Below are positions 36,091 to 45,426 of a stretch of 63,889 bases of DNA, one piece after another. The stretch comes from a virus. The translations under genes were made by a program, and so were the position numbers. The first letter of the stretch is position 1, and every line of letters starts with the position of its first letter. The DNA lies in IMG/VR virus record IMGVR_UViG_3300015245_000007, positions 1-63,889 of that record. One strand, written 5' to 3'. The notes under the pieces were generated by a model. That model worked only from the letters and a program-made list of their open reading frames with translations. It did no database searches and was not told the DNA's origin.

Positions 36091-38133
36091 CTAGCCCGTG
36101 ATGCGCATAGGTGTCCGCTGCGCAACTTTTGTCAAGAGTAGCCCGCGCTCCATTTCGGGCATCGCCTCGAGCTGCGCGGCAAGTTTCGTCATATCGGGCC
36201 GCTCCACACCAGGCAGGCCGTCACCCTCGCGGTCGACCGATCGCACCGAACCTTTCGGCGCCGCCGGCATCGCCTCGACGGTCTCGACACGCTTGAGCAG
36301 CTCGCCGAGCTTGCCGGTGAGATCGCCGACGGCCTTCGACAATTCGCTGTTGAGCGCCACGGCTTTCTGCAGCTCGCCGGCCTCGGCCGCCTTTTCCATG
36401 CAATCGGCGCCGAGCTCATTCGCCGCATCATGGATGCCCTGAATCCGCTTTTTGTCGGCCGACGAATTGCGCGCGCCGACCTTCTCGAGCAGCGGCCAGG
36501 CCTTCGCCAGCGGATTTTCGCCGGCAGCTTTCGCGAGCTCGGTGTTGGCTTCGCCGAGAACCTTCATCAGCGCGTCAAAGTGGTGATAGTTCACCTTGCC
36601 GGCGGCAAGCTCCAGGATCCCGACCAGCATCGGCGCGTCGGTCGAGACGAACAGCTCGCCGGTCTCTTCCACCACCATGTTGCGCAGCACCGAGCAAAGC
36701 GAGGCCAGCGCGGTCTTGAGCTGCGCCGGGATGGGGGAGCTGTCCCCCTCGCGGCTCGTCTCGCTTTCGACGCTCTGGCGCAACCAGTTCAATTCACTGA
36801 GCAGGCCCGCCAGGCGCGAGACATCGGACAGGTCTTTCGCAAACTCGTCCGCGGTCACGACCTTGACCACCGGCGGCGCATCTTTCGCTAGCTTTTCCGG
36901 CTCGCCGGTCGGCGGCACGATCACGACGGTGGCGAGCTTCGCCATCAGGCCAGGCCAGCCATCGGCCTGCGTTGCTTCGGTGATGACCTTCGACACCGGA
37001 CCATCGTCGGGCGTCGTGCGCAGCGCGACAAAGCCTTGCTGGAATCGCTCCGGCACGTCGTCGCCCGCCTTCCAGGTCTTGGCGAACGCTGCGAGCGCGG
37101 CGCCGTCCATCGGCCCGCTTTCGGCGCGTCGATCGAGCGCGGCCGACACTTTGCCCAGAAGATCCGACAGCGGCTTGACGGTTTCGGCAACGCTCGCCTT
37201 GGCGTCGCATTCGGCATTGTGCGCGATCGCGGCGGCCTTCGTTTCGTGCGTCGTGTTATCGCGCGCAACCCATTTTTGCAGAACGCCGTCTTTGCCTTGC
37301 TGCGAGGCGATCGCAGCGGCGGCCGGGTCGACCTTCGGCGGGATGTCGGCGGGCGGCTGCACGATCGGCACAACCTTTTTGAGCAGCTCGGCCTCGGCCG
37401 CGGTCACATATTCATGCCAGTCGTCGGCGCCCTCTTTGCCGGCCGCTTTCGCGAGCTCGCGCGCCTTGCCCTCAACCAGGCCGATCGGCTGCGGCTCGGC
37501 ATCGCCGATCTTGACGAGCCCGGCTTGCTGGCCGAGCGCGCGCGTTTCCGCAACGCCGTCCGCCTTGGTGAATTCGAACGTCGCGCCAGGAATGCACGGA
37601 CGGTCGACCAGCGAGATTTCTTGAATGACCGGCGTGTAGCGCTTGATCAGCGGGTTCGTCGGATCGGGCCAGCGTTTGGCATAGCCGCCGCCAGGCGAGA
37701 ATCCAGTGAGCACGCCGGCCTCGACCAGCGCCCACGCCTGATCGTCGACCACGTGCGCCTTGCCGAGAATCTGCTTGTTGGCGTCGTCGAAAATATAGCC
37801 CTCGACGAAGAGGCCGGCCGCGCTCTTCGTGTGCATGACGCGCAGGTTGCCGAAGTTCTTGCCCCCGCTCGCGGCCGTCTGCTCATCGGCGAACTTCTGG
37901 AACGCCTCTTTCGCGGTGTCATAGTCCATGATCTCTTTCGACCGGTCCTCAACCTCGATGCCGACCGGTCCGACGACGATGCGGGTTTTCGCGTCGACCT
38001 TGGTGAAGGGAAAGAAGCCGGCGAATCGATCGGCACCAGGCGCGGGGCCGGCATCTTTCGCGAGCGGGATCATCGGCGCGATCGCGAGCAGGGCGGCGGC
38101 CGACGTCATCAGACGATAGCGATGCTTGAACAT
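36091..38133 (-). CDS. prohead protease (XkdF/S78-like) fused to a long helical scaffold-like C-terminal region
   Basis: FTKVDAKTRIVVGPV..EDRSKEIMD..LRVMHTKSAAG..GVLTGFSPGG protease pattern; about 450 aa helical tail; ATG 38133 with AGGAG SD. Confidence 0.65.
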   Translation of the reverse strand: MFKHRYRLMTSAAALLAIAPMIPLAKDAGPAPGADRFAGFFPFTKVDAKTRIVVGPVGIEVEDRSKEIMDYDTAKEAFQKFADEQTAASGGKNFGNLRVMHTKSAAGLFVEGYIFDDANKQILGKAHVVDDQAWALVEAGVLTGFSPGGGYAKRWPDPTNPLIKRYTPVIQEISLVDRPCIPGATFEFTKADGVAETRALGQQAGLVKIGDAEPQPIGLVEGKARELAKAAGKEGADDWHEYVTAAEAELLKKVVPIVQPPADIPPKVDPAAAAIASQQGKDGVLQKWVARDNTTHETKAAAIAHNAECDAKASVAETVKPLSDLLGKVSAALDRRAESGPMDGAALAAFAKTWKAGDDVPERFQQGFVALRTTPDDGPVSKVITEATQADGWPGLMAKLATVVIVPPTGEPEKLAKDAPPVVKVVTADEFAKDLSDVSRLAGLLSELNWLRQSVESETSREGDSSPIPAQLKTALASLCSVLRNMVVEETGELFVSTDAPMLVGILELAAGKVNYHHFDALMKVLGEANTELAKAAGENPLAKAWPLLEKVGARNSSADKKRIQGIHDAANELGADCMEKAAEAGELQKAVALNSELSKAVGDLTGKLGELLKRVETVEAMPAAPKGSVRSVDREGDGLPGVERPDMTKLAAQLEAMPEMERGLLLTKVAQRTPMRITG

Positions 38134-38194
38134 GTCTTGGACTCCTGTTGCCGGCGCCGCCGGCTGTTGCGGGACCGCCGAACGCTGCGCGCGA

Positions 38195-38851
38195 TCAGCA
38201 GAGATAGTTGATCGTGAAATTCTTCGTGCCATCCGGCGCCGACGTCGGCGAGATCGTGCCTGCCACCGTGTCGATCGTGCCGATGGCCTCGGCGGTGGTG
38301 CCGACCTTTTCCTTGAGCACCTGCATCGATCCGCCATTGACGCCAGATTGCGTCGGCAGCGCCAGGTCCGCAGCGACACCAATGCCGAGCGTGCCATCGC
38401 CGCCACCGACCAGTCCGGAGACGACGCCGGCGGTGAGGTTGAGAAAGGCGTTGGCGGTTTTCAGCGTTTGCGTCGAGGCGGCGATCAGCGAAAGCACCTC
38501 CGATAGTGTCTGACCGTTGATGCCAACGCCGGTCAACGTGAGAAGGCCGCCGGTGATCGCCGTCACGATGACTTGCCGCACTTGAAGCTTGCGCGCGCAA
38601 TCCGGTTGCGCGGCGATCGTGATCGCGCCGTTGGCGGCGATCGCCGCGGCCTTGATCGAGACGAGCTCCGCGGCGATCGGCGCCAGGATGACGCATTGCT
38701 CGGCGAACGCGCGGCTAAGGCCGGCCTGCTGCGCCTCGAATGCATACTTGCTATCGATGATGAATATGCCGTTTGCGTTCGGGGCATATTTGTTGCCGTC
38801 GCGATCGATGAAGCCGGGGACGCCGGGGCCGAAGAAGCTTTGAATCGCCAT
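38195..38851 (-). CDS. hypothetical structural protein between portal and protease
   Basis: 218 aa, Gly/Ala/Ile/Thr-rich; ATG 38851, 2 nt after portal stop. Confidence 0.5.
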   Translation of the reverse strand: MAIQSFFGPGVPGFIDRDGNKYAPNANGIFIIDSKYAFEAQQAGLSRAFAEQCVILAPIAAELVSIKAAAIAANGAITIAAQPDCARKLQVRQVIVTAITGGLLTLTGVGINGQTLSEVLSLIAASTQTLKTANAFLNLTAGVVSGLVGGGDGTLGIGVAADLALPTQSGVNGGSMQVLKEKVGTTAEAIGTIDTVAGTISPTSAPDGTKNFTINYLC

Positions 38852-38853
38852 GG

Positions 38854-41181
38854 TCAGGTCTCCTGTTGGGGTTGATCTTCGTCGCTTGGCTCTTCGACAA
38901 TCGGAACGAGTGCGCAGCGGCAGCGTGGATGACCCGGCGGTGCCATGTCGCCGGATTGAAATGCGTCGTCGAGGTCGATCGGTCCCTCTTCCTCATTGGC
39001 GGCGCAAATATCTTCGTCAACATCGTCGTCGCCGGCGGTCGACCAGAGTTTTTTCGTCTGCACACCGGCCTCATCGCGCGCAACCTTGTAGCCCTCGAGC
39101 GCGCCCATCGAATTGGCGCTGCGGATTTCCGTGCGCGCGATCAGCTCGGCGCGCTCTGCAGAGAACGTCGTCGACTCCGACAGTTCGGTGATGATGTCGT
39201 CAAGCGACATATTGTCGTCGAGACCGCGCGAGATCACGCCGCGCACGACGTCGCGCGTGGTGTCGTCTATTCCCGAAATCAGGTCGCCGATGCTGTCGCT
39301 CGCATAGTTTACGGCGCGGTCGAATACCTGGTCGACCAGGTCCGACTGGTCGAGAACACCGAGCTGCGCCAGCGCGGCCTTGCCAGCATCGGCAGCAACG
39401 CTCTGCAAAACCTCTTCGGTCGCATCCTTGATCACGTCGAATCCAAAATCGATCTTCGCGGAGGCCTTGCGGCCGCGCTTGGTATTGGCGTCGTCGGCCT
39501 TGGCCAGGTCTTTCAGCTCGCGGCGCACGTGCTCGAGCGTGGCGACGCGCGCGTTCTGCAGCGCCTTTGCCCACATCGATTTAAGGTGCGTGGTCGCGAG
39601 CGAGGGAAACGCGCGCGTCTCGGAGATCGGCGCCAGGCGCCGCGTCTTGGGCTTGGCGCGTTTGCCGAGCGGCTGATTCCAGCCATTCAGCAGCGCCTTT
39701 TCGAGCGCCGCTTTCGTCTTGGCGCCAGGCTTCGGCGGCGCCGTTTTACCGGGCGGCGTTTTTCCTGGCGGTTGCGGCGGCGCATTGGGATCACCAGGAT
39801 GCATCATGATCGGCGCCGGCGGCGGCTCCGGTTCGTCGACCACCGACACATAGCCGGTCGCCGTCTTGACCATCGGCCGCGCCGCCATGCCGCCGGCGGC
39901 CGGCAGCCCGCGCGTCTCACGTACTTCGTCGATCGACATGATGCCAGCGCCCGCAAGCGCAACATCGATTTCCCCTTGCACCTTGGGGTCAATGTCCCGC
40001 TCTTCGTCCCAGGCAAATTCAAGATCGGATGAATTGAAGTTCTCGCGGATGATGCGATCGATCAGCCGCTTAATCCAAACCTGAATGGGTCCGAGGCCTT
40101 CCTCGAGCGCGCGATCGTGGGCGCTCTCCGACGTCGCGCGATTCATTTGCGCGACGAAGGGCTCAGGCGAGATCGAGAACGCATAGCAGATCACGCGCGC
40201 GAGCCATTCGTCGTACATGTCCTTGAGCGGCGGCTGGCGCGTCTCATAGACCTTGGTCCCTCCGGGAACGAAGCGGCCCATGCGGCGCGCCGCGAGATCG
40301 CCGCTATGCAGCGAGTCCCACCAGGCCTGAAAATCCTTGATGTCATTCGACGTGAAGGCCTCGGGCATGCCGATCACGGCATCGGGCATGTTGCCGTCTT
40401 TGTAGTAGCGGATCTGGTGCACCGCGCGCAGCAAGGCGATGTTCACCGTCATCAACACTTGCTCAACCGGCGGATAACCGTAGACGCCATTCACTTGCTT
40501 GTTGCGCGGCGCGTAGAGCATTTCGTCGGTCGTGTAGAGCGGGCCCGGCACGCCCTTAAGCACCTGCTGAAACGCCGGCTCCGGCACGCGCGGGATGCGG
40601 CCGGCATCGTCGATCAGCGGCTTGATCGTCGCGCCGTCGACCAGCTCGAGCGCGAAGAGGCCGCCACCCCGATTCGGCCATCGGTAGATGGTGACCGCAT
40701 CCGTCGTGAGCAGCTCATAGACGAGCTTGCGAATCCACGTCGCCCAATCGTCCTGCCCATCTGGCTTGTGGAGAAACTCGGTGATCGCCTCGATGCGCGG
40801 ATCGCCGCCAGGCTTCGGCGTTGCGATCTGGCCAGGTTTCTTGCGCTTGCGGATTGTCCAGTCGAGGCCGTCGACCTGGTCTTGCCTGGTCGAGATCGCC
40901 ATCGCCACCAGGTCGCAGTTCTTGGCGAGCGCGCGCAGCGTCTCGAACGAAGGGCGAAGGACTTCGGTCGCGCGCGGCTGATAGTTGATGTTGAAGGCGA
41001 CGGGATAATCGTATTGCCGCCCTTTGACCTCCGGCGGCGTCGCCGGCTGAAACGGCGCGAGCGGGCCGAACCATCCCGACCCGAATTGCGCGCTCGCCGT
41101 CACCCGCGAGCCCAAGGAATACTTCAGCGCATAGCTGGATTCCAATAGCGTGAGCTTGGCGCCAGCGGTCGGCTCCGGCAT
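38854..41181 (-). CDS. portal protein fused to a Mu F / SPP1 gp7-like minor head domain
   Basis: 775 aa; portal-like N-terminal about 450 aa; C-terminus ERAELIARTEIRSANS..PPGHPRCRCALVP is the MuF signature. Confidence 0.7.
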   Translation of the reverse strand: MPEPTAGAKLTLLESSYALKYSLGSRVTASAQFGSGWFGPLAPFQPATPPEVKGRQYDYPVAFNINYQPRATEVLRPSFETLRALAKNCDLVAMAISTRQDQVDGLDWTIRKRKKPGQIATPKPGGDPRIEAITEFLHKPDGQDDWATWIRKLVYELLTTDAVTIYRWPNRGGGLFALELVDGATIKPLIDDAGRIPRVPEPAFQQVLKGVPGPLYTTDEMLYAPRNKQVNGVYGYPPVEQVLMTVNIALLRAVHQIRYYKDGNMPDAVIGMPEAFTSNDIKDFQAWWDSLHSGDLAARRMGRFVPGGTKVYETRQPPLKDMYDEWLARVICYAFSISPEPFVAQMNRATSESAHDRALEEGLGPIQVWIKRLIDRIIRENFNSSDLEFAWDEERDIDPKVQGEIDVALAGAGIMSIDEVRETRGLPAAGGMAARPMVKTATGYVSVVDEPEPPPAPIMMHPGDPNAPPQPPGKTPPGKTAPPKPGAKTKAALEKALLNGWNQPLGKRAKPKTRRLAPISETRAFPSLATTHLKSMWAKALQNARVATLEHVRRELKDLAKADDANTKRGRKASAKIDFGFDVIKDATEEVLQSVAADAGKAALAQLGVLDQSDLVDQVFDRAVNYASDSIGDLISGIDDTTRDVVRGVISRGLDDNMSLDDIITELSESTTFSAERAELIARTEIRSANSMGALEGYKVARDEAGVQTKKLWSTAGDDDVDEDICAANEEEGPIDLDDAFQSGDMAPPGHPRCRCALVPIVEEPSDEDQPQQET

Positions 41182-41234
41182 TTCGTGCGGCCCCTTGGGC
41201 GCCTCTCCAGCAAGGCGACAATCGCGCTATATCA

Positions 41235-42875
41235 TCACGCTAGACGCCCGTCGAGATTTCCCGCCGCGATCGCCGCCGCCTTCTTTGCCATTTCGGCCTG
41301 TTGCTCGCGCATGAAGTCGAGGTACCCGCGGCCCTTGAAGTTCGGGTTCGCATAGGCCAGCACCAGCGCATCCCAATCGTCGGGCGACGGGATTTTATCG
41401 GCGATCATGTCCTCTTTGGACTGCATGAGAATCAGGCCGCGGCTTGTCGTCTCGTATTTGATAACCGCCGCCTGGCCTGCGGTCTCTTCGTCCTTAAGGT
41501 CGATCTCGCCGGCTACGAACATATCGCGCACGGCCCAATTGATTTCGGCTTTTAGGTTCTTGAAGCGCTGTTTTTCCTTGGCGCCAAAGCACGGCGCGCC
41601 GACATTGACCGGGACCACGACGAACGACGGCAGGCGTTCGGGATCATCCGGCCTCTTGAGCTTATCCTCGCGCTGCATCTCGAGCAGGCGGTCCGTCACG
41701 CCGCCGCCGAGGCCTGCGTCATCGATCTTGACCCGCGTTGCCCCGGTCGCCCGCACCGCGATGACGATCCGGCCGACGACGTGCATCAGGTCGCGCTTGC
41801 GGAATTTGTCTATCTTGCGCGCGACGGCGCCGCGCCTGTGGAAAATCACCGTCGCGTTGCCGTTCTCCGATCGCGCGACGTCAACGCCGAGCTCGTTCGG
41901 ATCGGTCGGCGGCAGCTCTTGCGCGAGCGCGGCCGTGATGAAGCGCAGCGGCACCAGGCCGCCCTCTGCCTGGTCGGGAAATTCGCCCTTGACCTTCGAT
42001 GACCAGAACGGGTGATCTTCGCCCCAATCTTTGCGCTTCTCTTCGACCCAGGTGCGCGACACCAGCAGCGGGCTAAGCCAATCGGGGACCGCCTCGCCAG
42101 TGAAGTTCGGACTTTCGAAAGCATTGATGGCGATGTGATTCCAGCCAGAGCCAGGCAGCGAGACGTGGCGGAATTGGGTATCGGGATCATCCGGATTGCC
42201 GATCGCCAGGATGCGCGCGTCATCGTTCGCGATCAGCGTGTCGGCCGCATTCCATATTGTCTTGTCGACGCCACAGGCCTCATCGAGCAGCACCAGCACA
42301 TAGCGCGCGTGGATGCCCTGAAACGCCGTCGCATCCTTTGGGGCCCGGCCGAAGCCGACCAGCTCGTTGCCGAAGAACCATTCAATCTGGTTGACCTTGC
42401 CCGGAAGGTGGGCGGCCTTGTGAATGCGGTTGATCTCGCGCCAGAGCAGCGCGCGGACCTGGGCATAGGTCGGCGCCGTCGAGACGACGAAAGCCTCACC
42501 AGGCTTGTGACTCGAGAGCCACCACGCCGCGATGCCGGCGGCCACATACGTCTTGCCGACATCGTGGCAGGATGTGACGACGGTGCGGCGGTTATCGCGG
42601 ACGGAAAGACAAATCTGTTTCTGCTTGGACCACAGAACCCCGCCGCAACCCTTCTCGATGAACCCGACGGGATCGGCGGCATAGATGCCGAAGCGGTTGG
42701 CCTCGACGTCTTGCTCAATGCGTTGTCGCGCCTCCATCAGCTCGCGCAGGCGCTTGAGCTTCGCCACCACTTCCGGCGTCGCCGGCAGGCTGTTGACCAG
42801 CTTCTGCCACTGACCGCTCGAGCTGTCGGATGGCTCTGTCAAGATCCTCGACTGTTGGGGTGAGGAATCGGTCAT
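41235..42875 (-). CDS. terL: terminase large subunit
   Basis: Walker A-like SCHDVGKTYVAAG, LVLLDEA Walker B, nuclease half; start uncertain (ATG 42875 overlaps terS by 161 nt; ATG 42737 alternative). Confidence 0.75.
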   Translation of the reverse strand: MTDSSPQQSRILTEPSDSSSGQWQKLVNSLPATPEVVAKLKRLRELMEARQRIEQDVEANRFGIYAADPVGFIEKGCGGVLWSKQKQICLSVRDNRRTVVTSCHDVGKTYVAAGIAAWWLSSHKPGEAFVVSTAPTYAQVRALLWREINRIHKAAHLPGKVNQIEWFFGNELVGFGRAPKDATAFQGIHARYVLVLLDEACGVDKTIWNAADTLIANDDARILAIGNPDDPDTQFRHVSLPGSGWNHIAINAFESPNFTGEAVPDWLSPLLVSRTWVEEKRKDWGEDHPFWSSKVKGEFPDQAEGGLVPLRFITAALAQELPPTDPNELGVDVARSENGNATVIFHRRGAVARKIDKFRKRDLMHVVGRIVIAVRATGATRVKIDDAGLGGGVTDRLLEMQREDKLKRPDDPERLPSFVVVPVNVGAPCFGAKEKQRFKNLKAEINWAVRDMFVAGEIDLKDEETAGQAAVIKYETTSRGLILMQSKEDMIADKIPSPDDWDALVLAYANPNFKGRGYLDFMREQQAEMAKKAAAIAAGNLDGRLA

Positions 42876-43149
42876 GCTGTCCCAGGTAGTGTTTCGACAT
42901 ATGGATGACCATCGTCACCCCGGCGCTATTGGCGAGCTGCGCGTGGCGCCACTGTAAGCGCTTGAGGCTTTGCTTGGCGAAGTTCTCGCCGTTGGTCCAA
43001 GCCTGTTCAAACTCCGGCTCGCTCGCAATGCGGCGCGTGATCGTATGACGCGACACGCCGAAGAACGCCGCGATTTCCTCTTGCGTGCAAAACATGTTGC
43101 ACAGCTTTTCGAAGTTCTCGAGGTTGAGCTCTATTTTGGCCTTCGCCAT
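42715..43149 (-). CDS. terS: terminase small subunit (HTH type)
   Basis: CTQEEIAAFFGVSRHTITRRI HTH; directly upstream of terL; GGAGA SD. Confidence 0.6.
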   Translation of the reverse strand: MAKAKIELNLENFEKLCNMFCTQEEIAAFFGVSRHTITRRIASEPEFEQAWTNGENFAKQSLKRLQWRHAQLANSAGVTMVIHMSKHYLGQHDRFLTPTVEDLDRAIRQLERSVAEAGQQPAGDAGSGGEAQAPARADGGATTH

Positions 43150-43203
43150 CTAATCAGTCTCCGCCAGCATCGGCGCCAGCTTAGGCACAGGTTTCCTTTT
43201 TTG

Positions 43204-43232
43204 TCGACAAGGGTCGGCGGTTCACCTAAAAT
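43204..43232 (+). promoter_or_regulatory. strong sigma70-like promoter of the rightward radical-SAM operon
   Basis: TCGACA (43204-43209), 17-bp spacer, TAAAAT (43227-43232); divergent from terS. Confidence 0.55.
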
Positions 43233-43256
43233 CATCGGCGAACCATGGAGCCAATC

Positions 43257-44069
43257 ATGCGCGAGCTTAAGATCAATCCGGACGGTGTGTCCCTCAAAGG
43301 GTGCTCTTACATTTACCCGCCTCAGGGCCAGGCCGGCGAATACTCGGCGCTCGCCGCCAACCCCTATCGCGGCTGCGGCCACGGCTGCGCCTACTGCTAC
43401 GTGCCGCTCATCACCAAGCAACCGCGGCCGGAGTTCGACGCCGGCGCCGTCGTGCGGCCGCATTATCTCGAAAGCCTGCACGCCGACGCCAAGAAATATC
43501 AGCGCGCCGGCATCACCGCACAGGTGATGATTTCCTTCACGTCCGATCCCTACCACCCGGGCAACACCGAGACGACGACGGCCGCGCTCCACATTCTGCG
43601 CAACCATGGCCTGGGTTTCTGCACACTGACCAAGGGCGGCACGCGCGCGCTTCAGGACATCGATTTGTTTCGTCCCGATCGCGACGCCTTCGCCTCGACA
43701 CTCACCACGCTTGACCCGCAGTTCTCGAAAAAGTGGGAGCGCAACGCCGCGTTGCCGGCAGACCGCCTCGACGCACTCCGCACGTTTCACCACAAGGGGA
43801 TTTTTACCTGGGTCTCGCTCGAGCCGACGCTCGACGTCGAGGCCTCGCTCGCGATCGTGGAAGCGACTCACACCTTCGTCGATCTCTACAAGGTGGGGCG
43901 CGCCAACTATGTGAAGGAAATCACGACCGTCACCAATTGGCGCGACTACACCGAGCGCATGATCGCAAAGCTCGGCCGGCTGAAGAAACTGCACTACATC
44001 AAGCATGACCTTCAGCCCTACTTGCCGACCGGCTATCACAATCCGTTGCGCGTCAGGCAGCACCACTGA
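43257..44069 (+). CDS. radical SAM protein, SplB/COG1533 (DNA repair photolyase-like) type
   Basis: NPYRGCGHGCAYCY CX3CX2C cluster; ISFTSDPYHP, TLTKGG, VSLEP blocks; ATG 43257 with GGAG SD (ATG 43245 alternative). Confidence 0.7.
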   Translation: MRELKINPDGVSLKGCSYIYPPQGQAGEYSALAANPYRGCGHGCAYCYVPLITKQPRPEFDAGAVVRPHYLESLHADAKKYQRAGITAQVMISFTSDPYHPGNTETTTAALHILRNHGLGFCTLTKGGTRALQDIDLFRPDRDAFASTLTTLDPQFSKKWERNAALPADRLDALRTFHHKGIFTWVSLEPTLDVEASLAIVEATHTFVDLYKVGRANYVKEITTVTNWRDYTERMIAKLGRLKKLHYIKHDLQPYLPTGYHNPLRVRQHH

Positions 44070-44070
44070 C

Positions 44071-44613
44071 ATGCAAAACGGGACGCTCCGCAAATTCGAC
44101 GGTCGCTTGCTGCTCATGCCCTGCAGCGCGACGAAGCTCGACCACGCCGACCAGCCGCGGCGCCTCTATCTCGGCCCCATGTGGCAGACGCTGCGCGAGC
44201 ACCTCGGCGACATGCCGTGGGAAAACGTCTTCGTGCTCTCCGGCGAATATGGATTCATCAGCTCGCTCAACTTCATTCAGACCTATGACGGCGTGCTGAC
44301 GTCCGCGAAGGCCGATCGCATGATTGCGCGCGGCGTCGAGGGCGGCAACGATCATCACGGCGCGAGCAGCAACGGCGGACCATGCCCGAGCAACGTCCTG
44401 GTCTCGCCAGGCCGCAAGGGTCAACAGCCGTTCGATCGCGTGCTCTGCGCCGGCGCCAACGACTATCGGCGCGTGCTGCAGCACTTCATTGCGGAGTGGA
44501 TTAACGCCGGGCTGATCAAACCCGACGCCAGGATTTTTCACGTGGTCGGCGGCATCGGAGAGCAGCGCCAGCAGCTCGGCCGGTGGCTGCGCAAAGAAGA
44601 GGGGTTTTTCTGA
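44071..44613 (+). CDS. DUF6884-like protein (partner of the radical SAM gene)
   Basis: Starts 2 nt after rSAM stop; LLLMPCSATK..LYLGPMW..VFVLSGEYGF..TYDGVLT pattern recalled for DUF6884. Confidence 0.5.
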   Translation: MQNGTLRKFDGRLLLMPCSATKLDHADQPRRLYLGPMWQTLREHLGDMPWENVFVLSGEYGFISSLNFIQTYDGVLTSAKADRMIARGVEGGNDHHGASSNGGPCPSNVLVSPGRKGQQPFDRVLCAGANDYRRVLQHFIAEWINAGLIKPDARIFHVVGGIGEQRQQLGRWLRKEEGFF

Positions 44614-44777
44614 TGGCCGACGACGTTCAAACGCGCGAGTTGCCGTCCGACGAATGGAAGCGCGGACCGGGCGGCAACTGGTTTCGGTACGCGGCCTGGC
44701 GCGATAGCGCGCCGACGGTCATCGGCTACGGCTGCACCGCGCGCGAGGCGCGCAACGATCTCGAGCGGGGCAAGTGA
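44613..44777 (+). CDS. hypothetical small protein
   Basis: TGATG coupling; 54 aa. Confidence 0.45.
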   Translation: MADDVQTRELPSDEWKRGPGGNWFRYAAWRDSAPTVIGYGCTAREARNDLERGK

Positions 44778-44780
44778 CCC

Positions 44781-45011
44781 ATGTGCGACGACGAAGAGCG
44801 GCCAGGTCCGCATAACTTTGAAGATACGTTCGGCTGCGCCGGCTGCACGTGCACCATGTCGACGACGCATTCTGCATCGATCGATCCGCCAGAGCCGATC
44901 CGCGATCCCTGGTGCCCGGTGCACTCCGGCCGAGATCCCGACGCGGAGCTTGAGCAGAGCCGCGAGGATAACGCCTACTTTGATTCCATCCCTCGAGACG
45001 AAGAGGACTGA
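44781..45011 (+). CDS. hypothetical acidic Cys-containing protein
   Basis: 76 aa ORF, tight spacing. Confidence 0.45.
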   Translation: MCDDEERPGPHNFEDTFGCAGCTCTMSTTHSASIDPPEPIRDPWCPVHSGRDPDAELEQSREDNAYFDSIPRDEED

Positions 45012-45013
45012 CC

Positions 45014-45196
45014 ATGGCACGCACTCCCACGATGCAACGCTGTTTCAACTGCGGCGCCGAACTCGGCGTTTTCATCGCGGTTGACCCGCTCGACCATTGC
45101 GGCGCGCCAGCATGCGCGCGCGAGGCTCGCGATTGCCTGCAAGAGCAACGCGAAGAGGCGCACGCGCGGCTCGATCGCGATCTCGGGTACGACTGA
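45014..45196 (+). CDS. hypothetical zinc-ribbon-like small protein
   Basis: CFNCG...HCGAPAC; 60 aa. Confidence 0.45.
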   Translation: MARTPTMQRCFNCGAELGVFIAVDPLDHCGAPACAREARDCLQEQREEAHARLDRDLGYD

Positions 45197-45426
45197 TGAC
45201 TGACTATCTCGTTTGGAGCAATGAGCATGCGGCTTGGTGGGCGCCCGGCGGCCGCGGCTACACGACGTTGACGCACATGGCCGGTCGCTACTCCAAAGAG
45301 CAGGCGGACGAGATCTGCCGGCAGGCCAATTTTCGTCCAGGCGACATCAACGAGGTGGCGGTCATCGCGCCGTCGCTCAATCATGCGCGCGAGCAATTCC
45401 TCTATCAGGCGAGGCACCCGCAATGA
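45196..45426 (+). CDS. hypothetical protein
   Basis: TGATG coupling; 76 aa. Confidence 0.5.
   Translation: MTDYLVWSNEHAAWWAPGGRGYTTLTHMAGRYSKEQADEICRQANFRPGDINEVAVIAPSLNHAREQFLYQARHPQ

Noticed and set aside
40261-40271. Isolated CCGGGAACGAA (10/11 iteron match) inside the portal gene. Partial GGGAACG strings also occur at 24733 and 33826.
   Set aside because: These are single, degenerate copies inside coding sequence, consistent with chance in GC-rich DNA. Only the two intergenic clusters and the 58038 copy were taken as meaningful.
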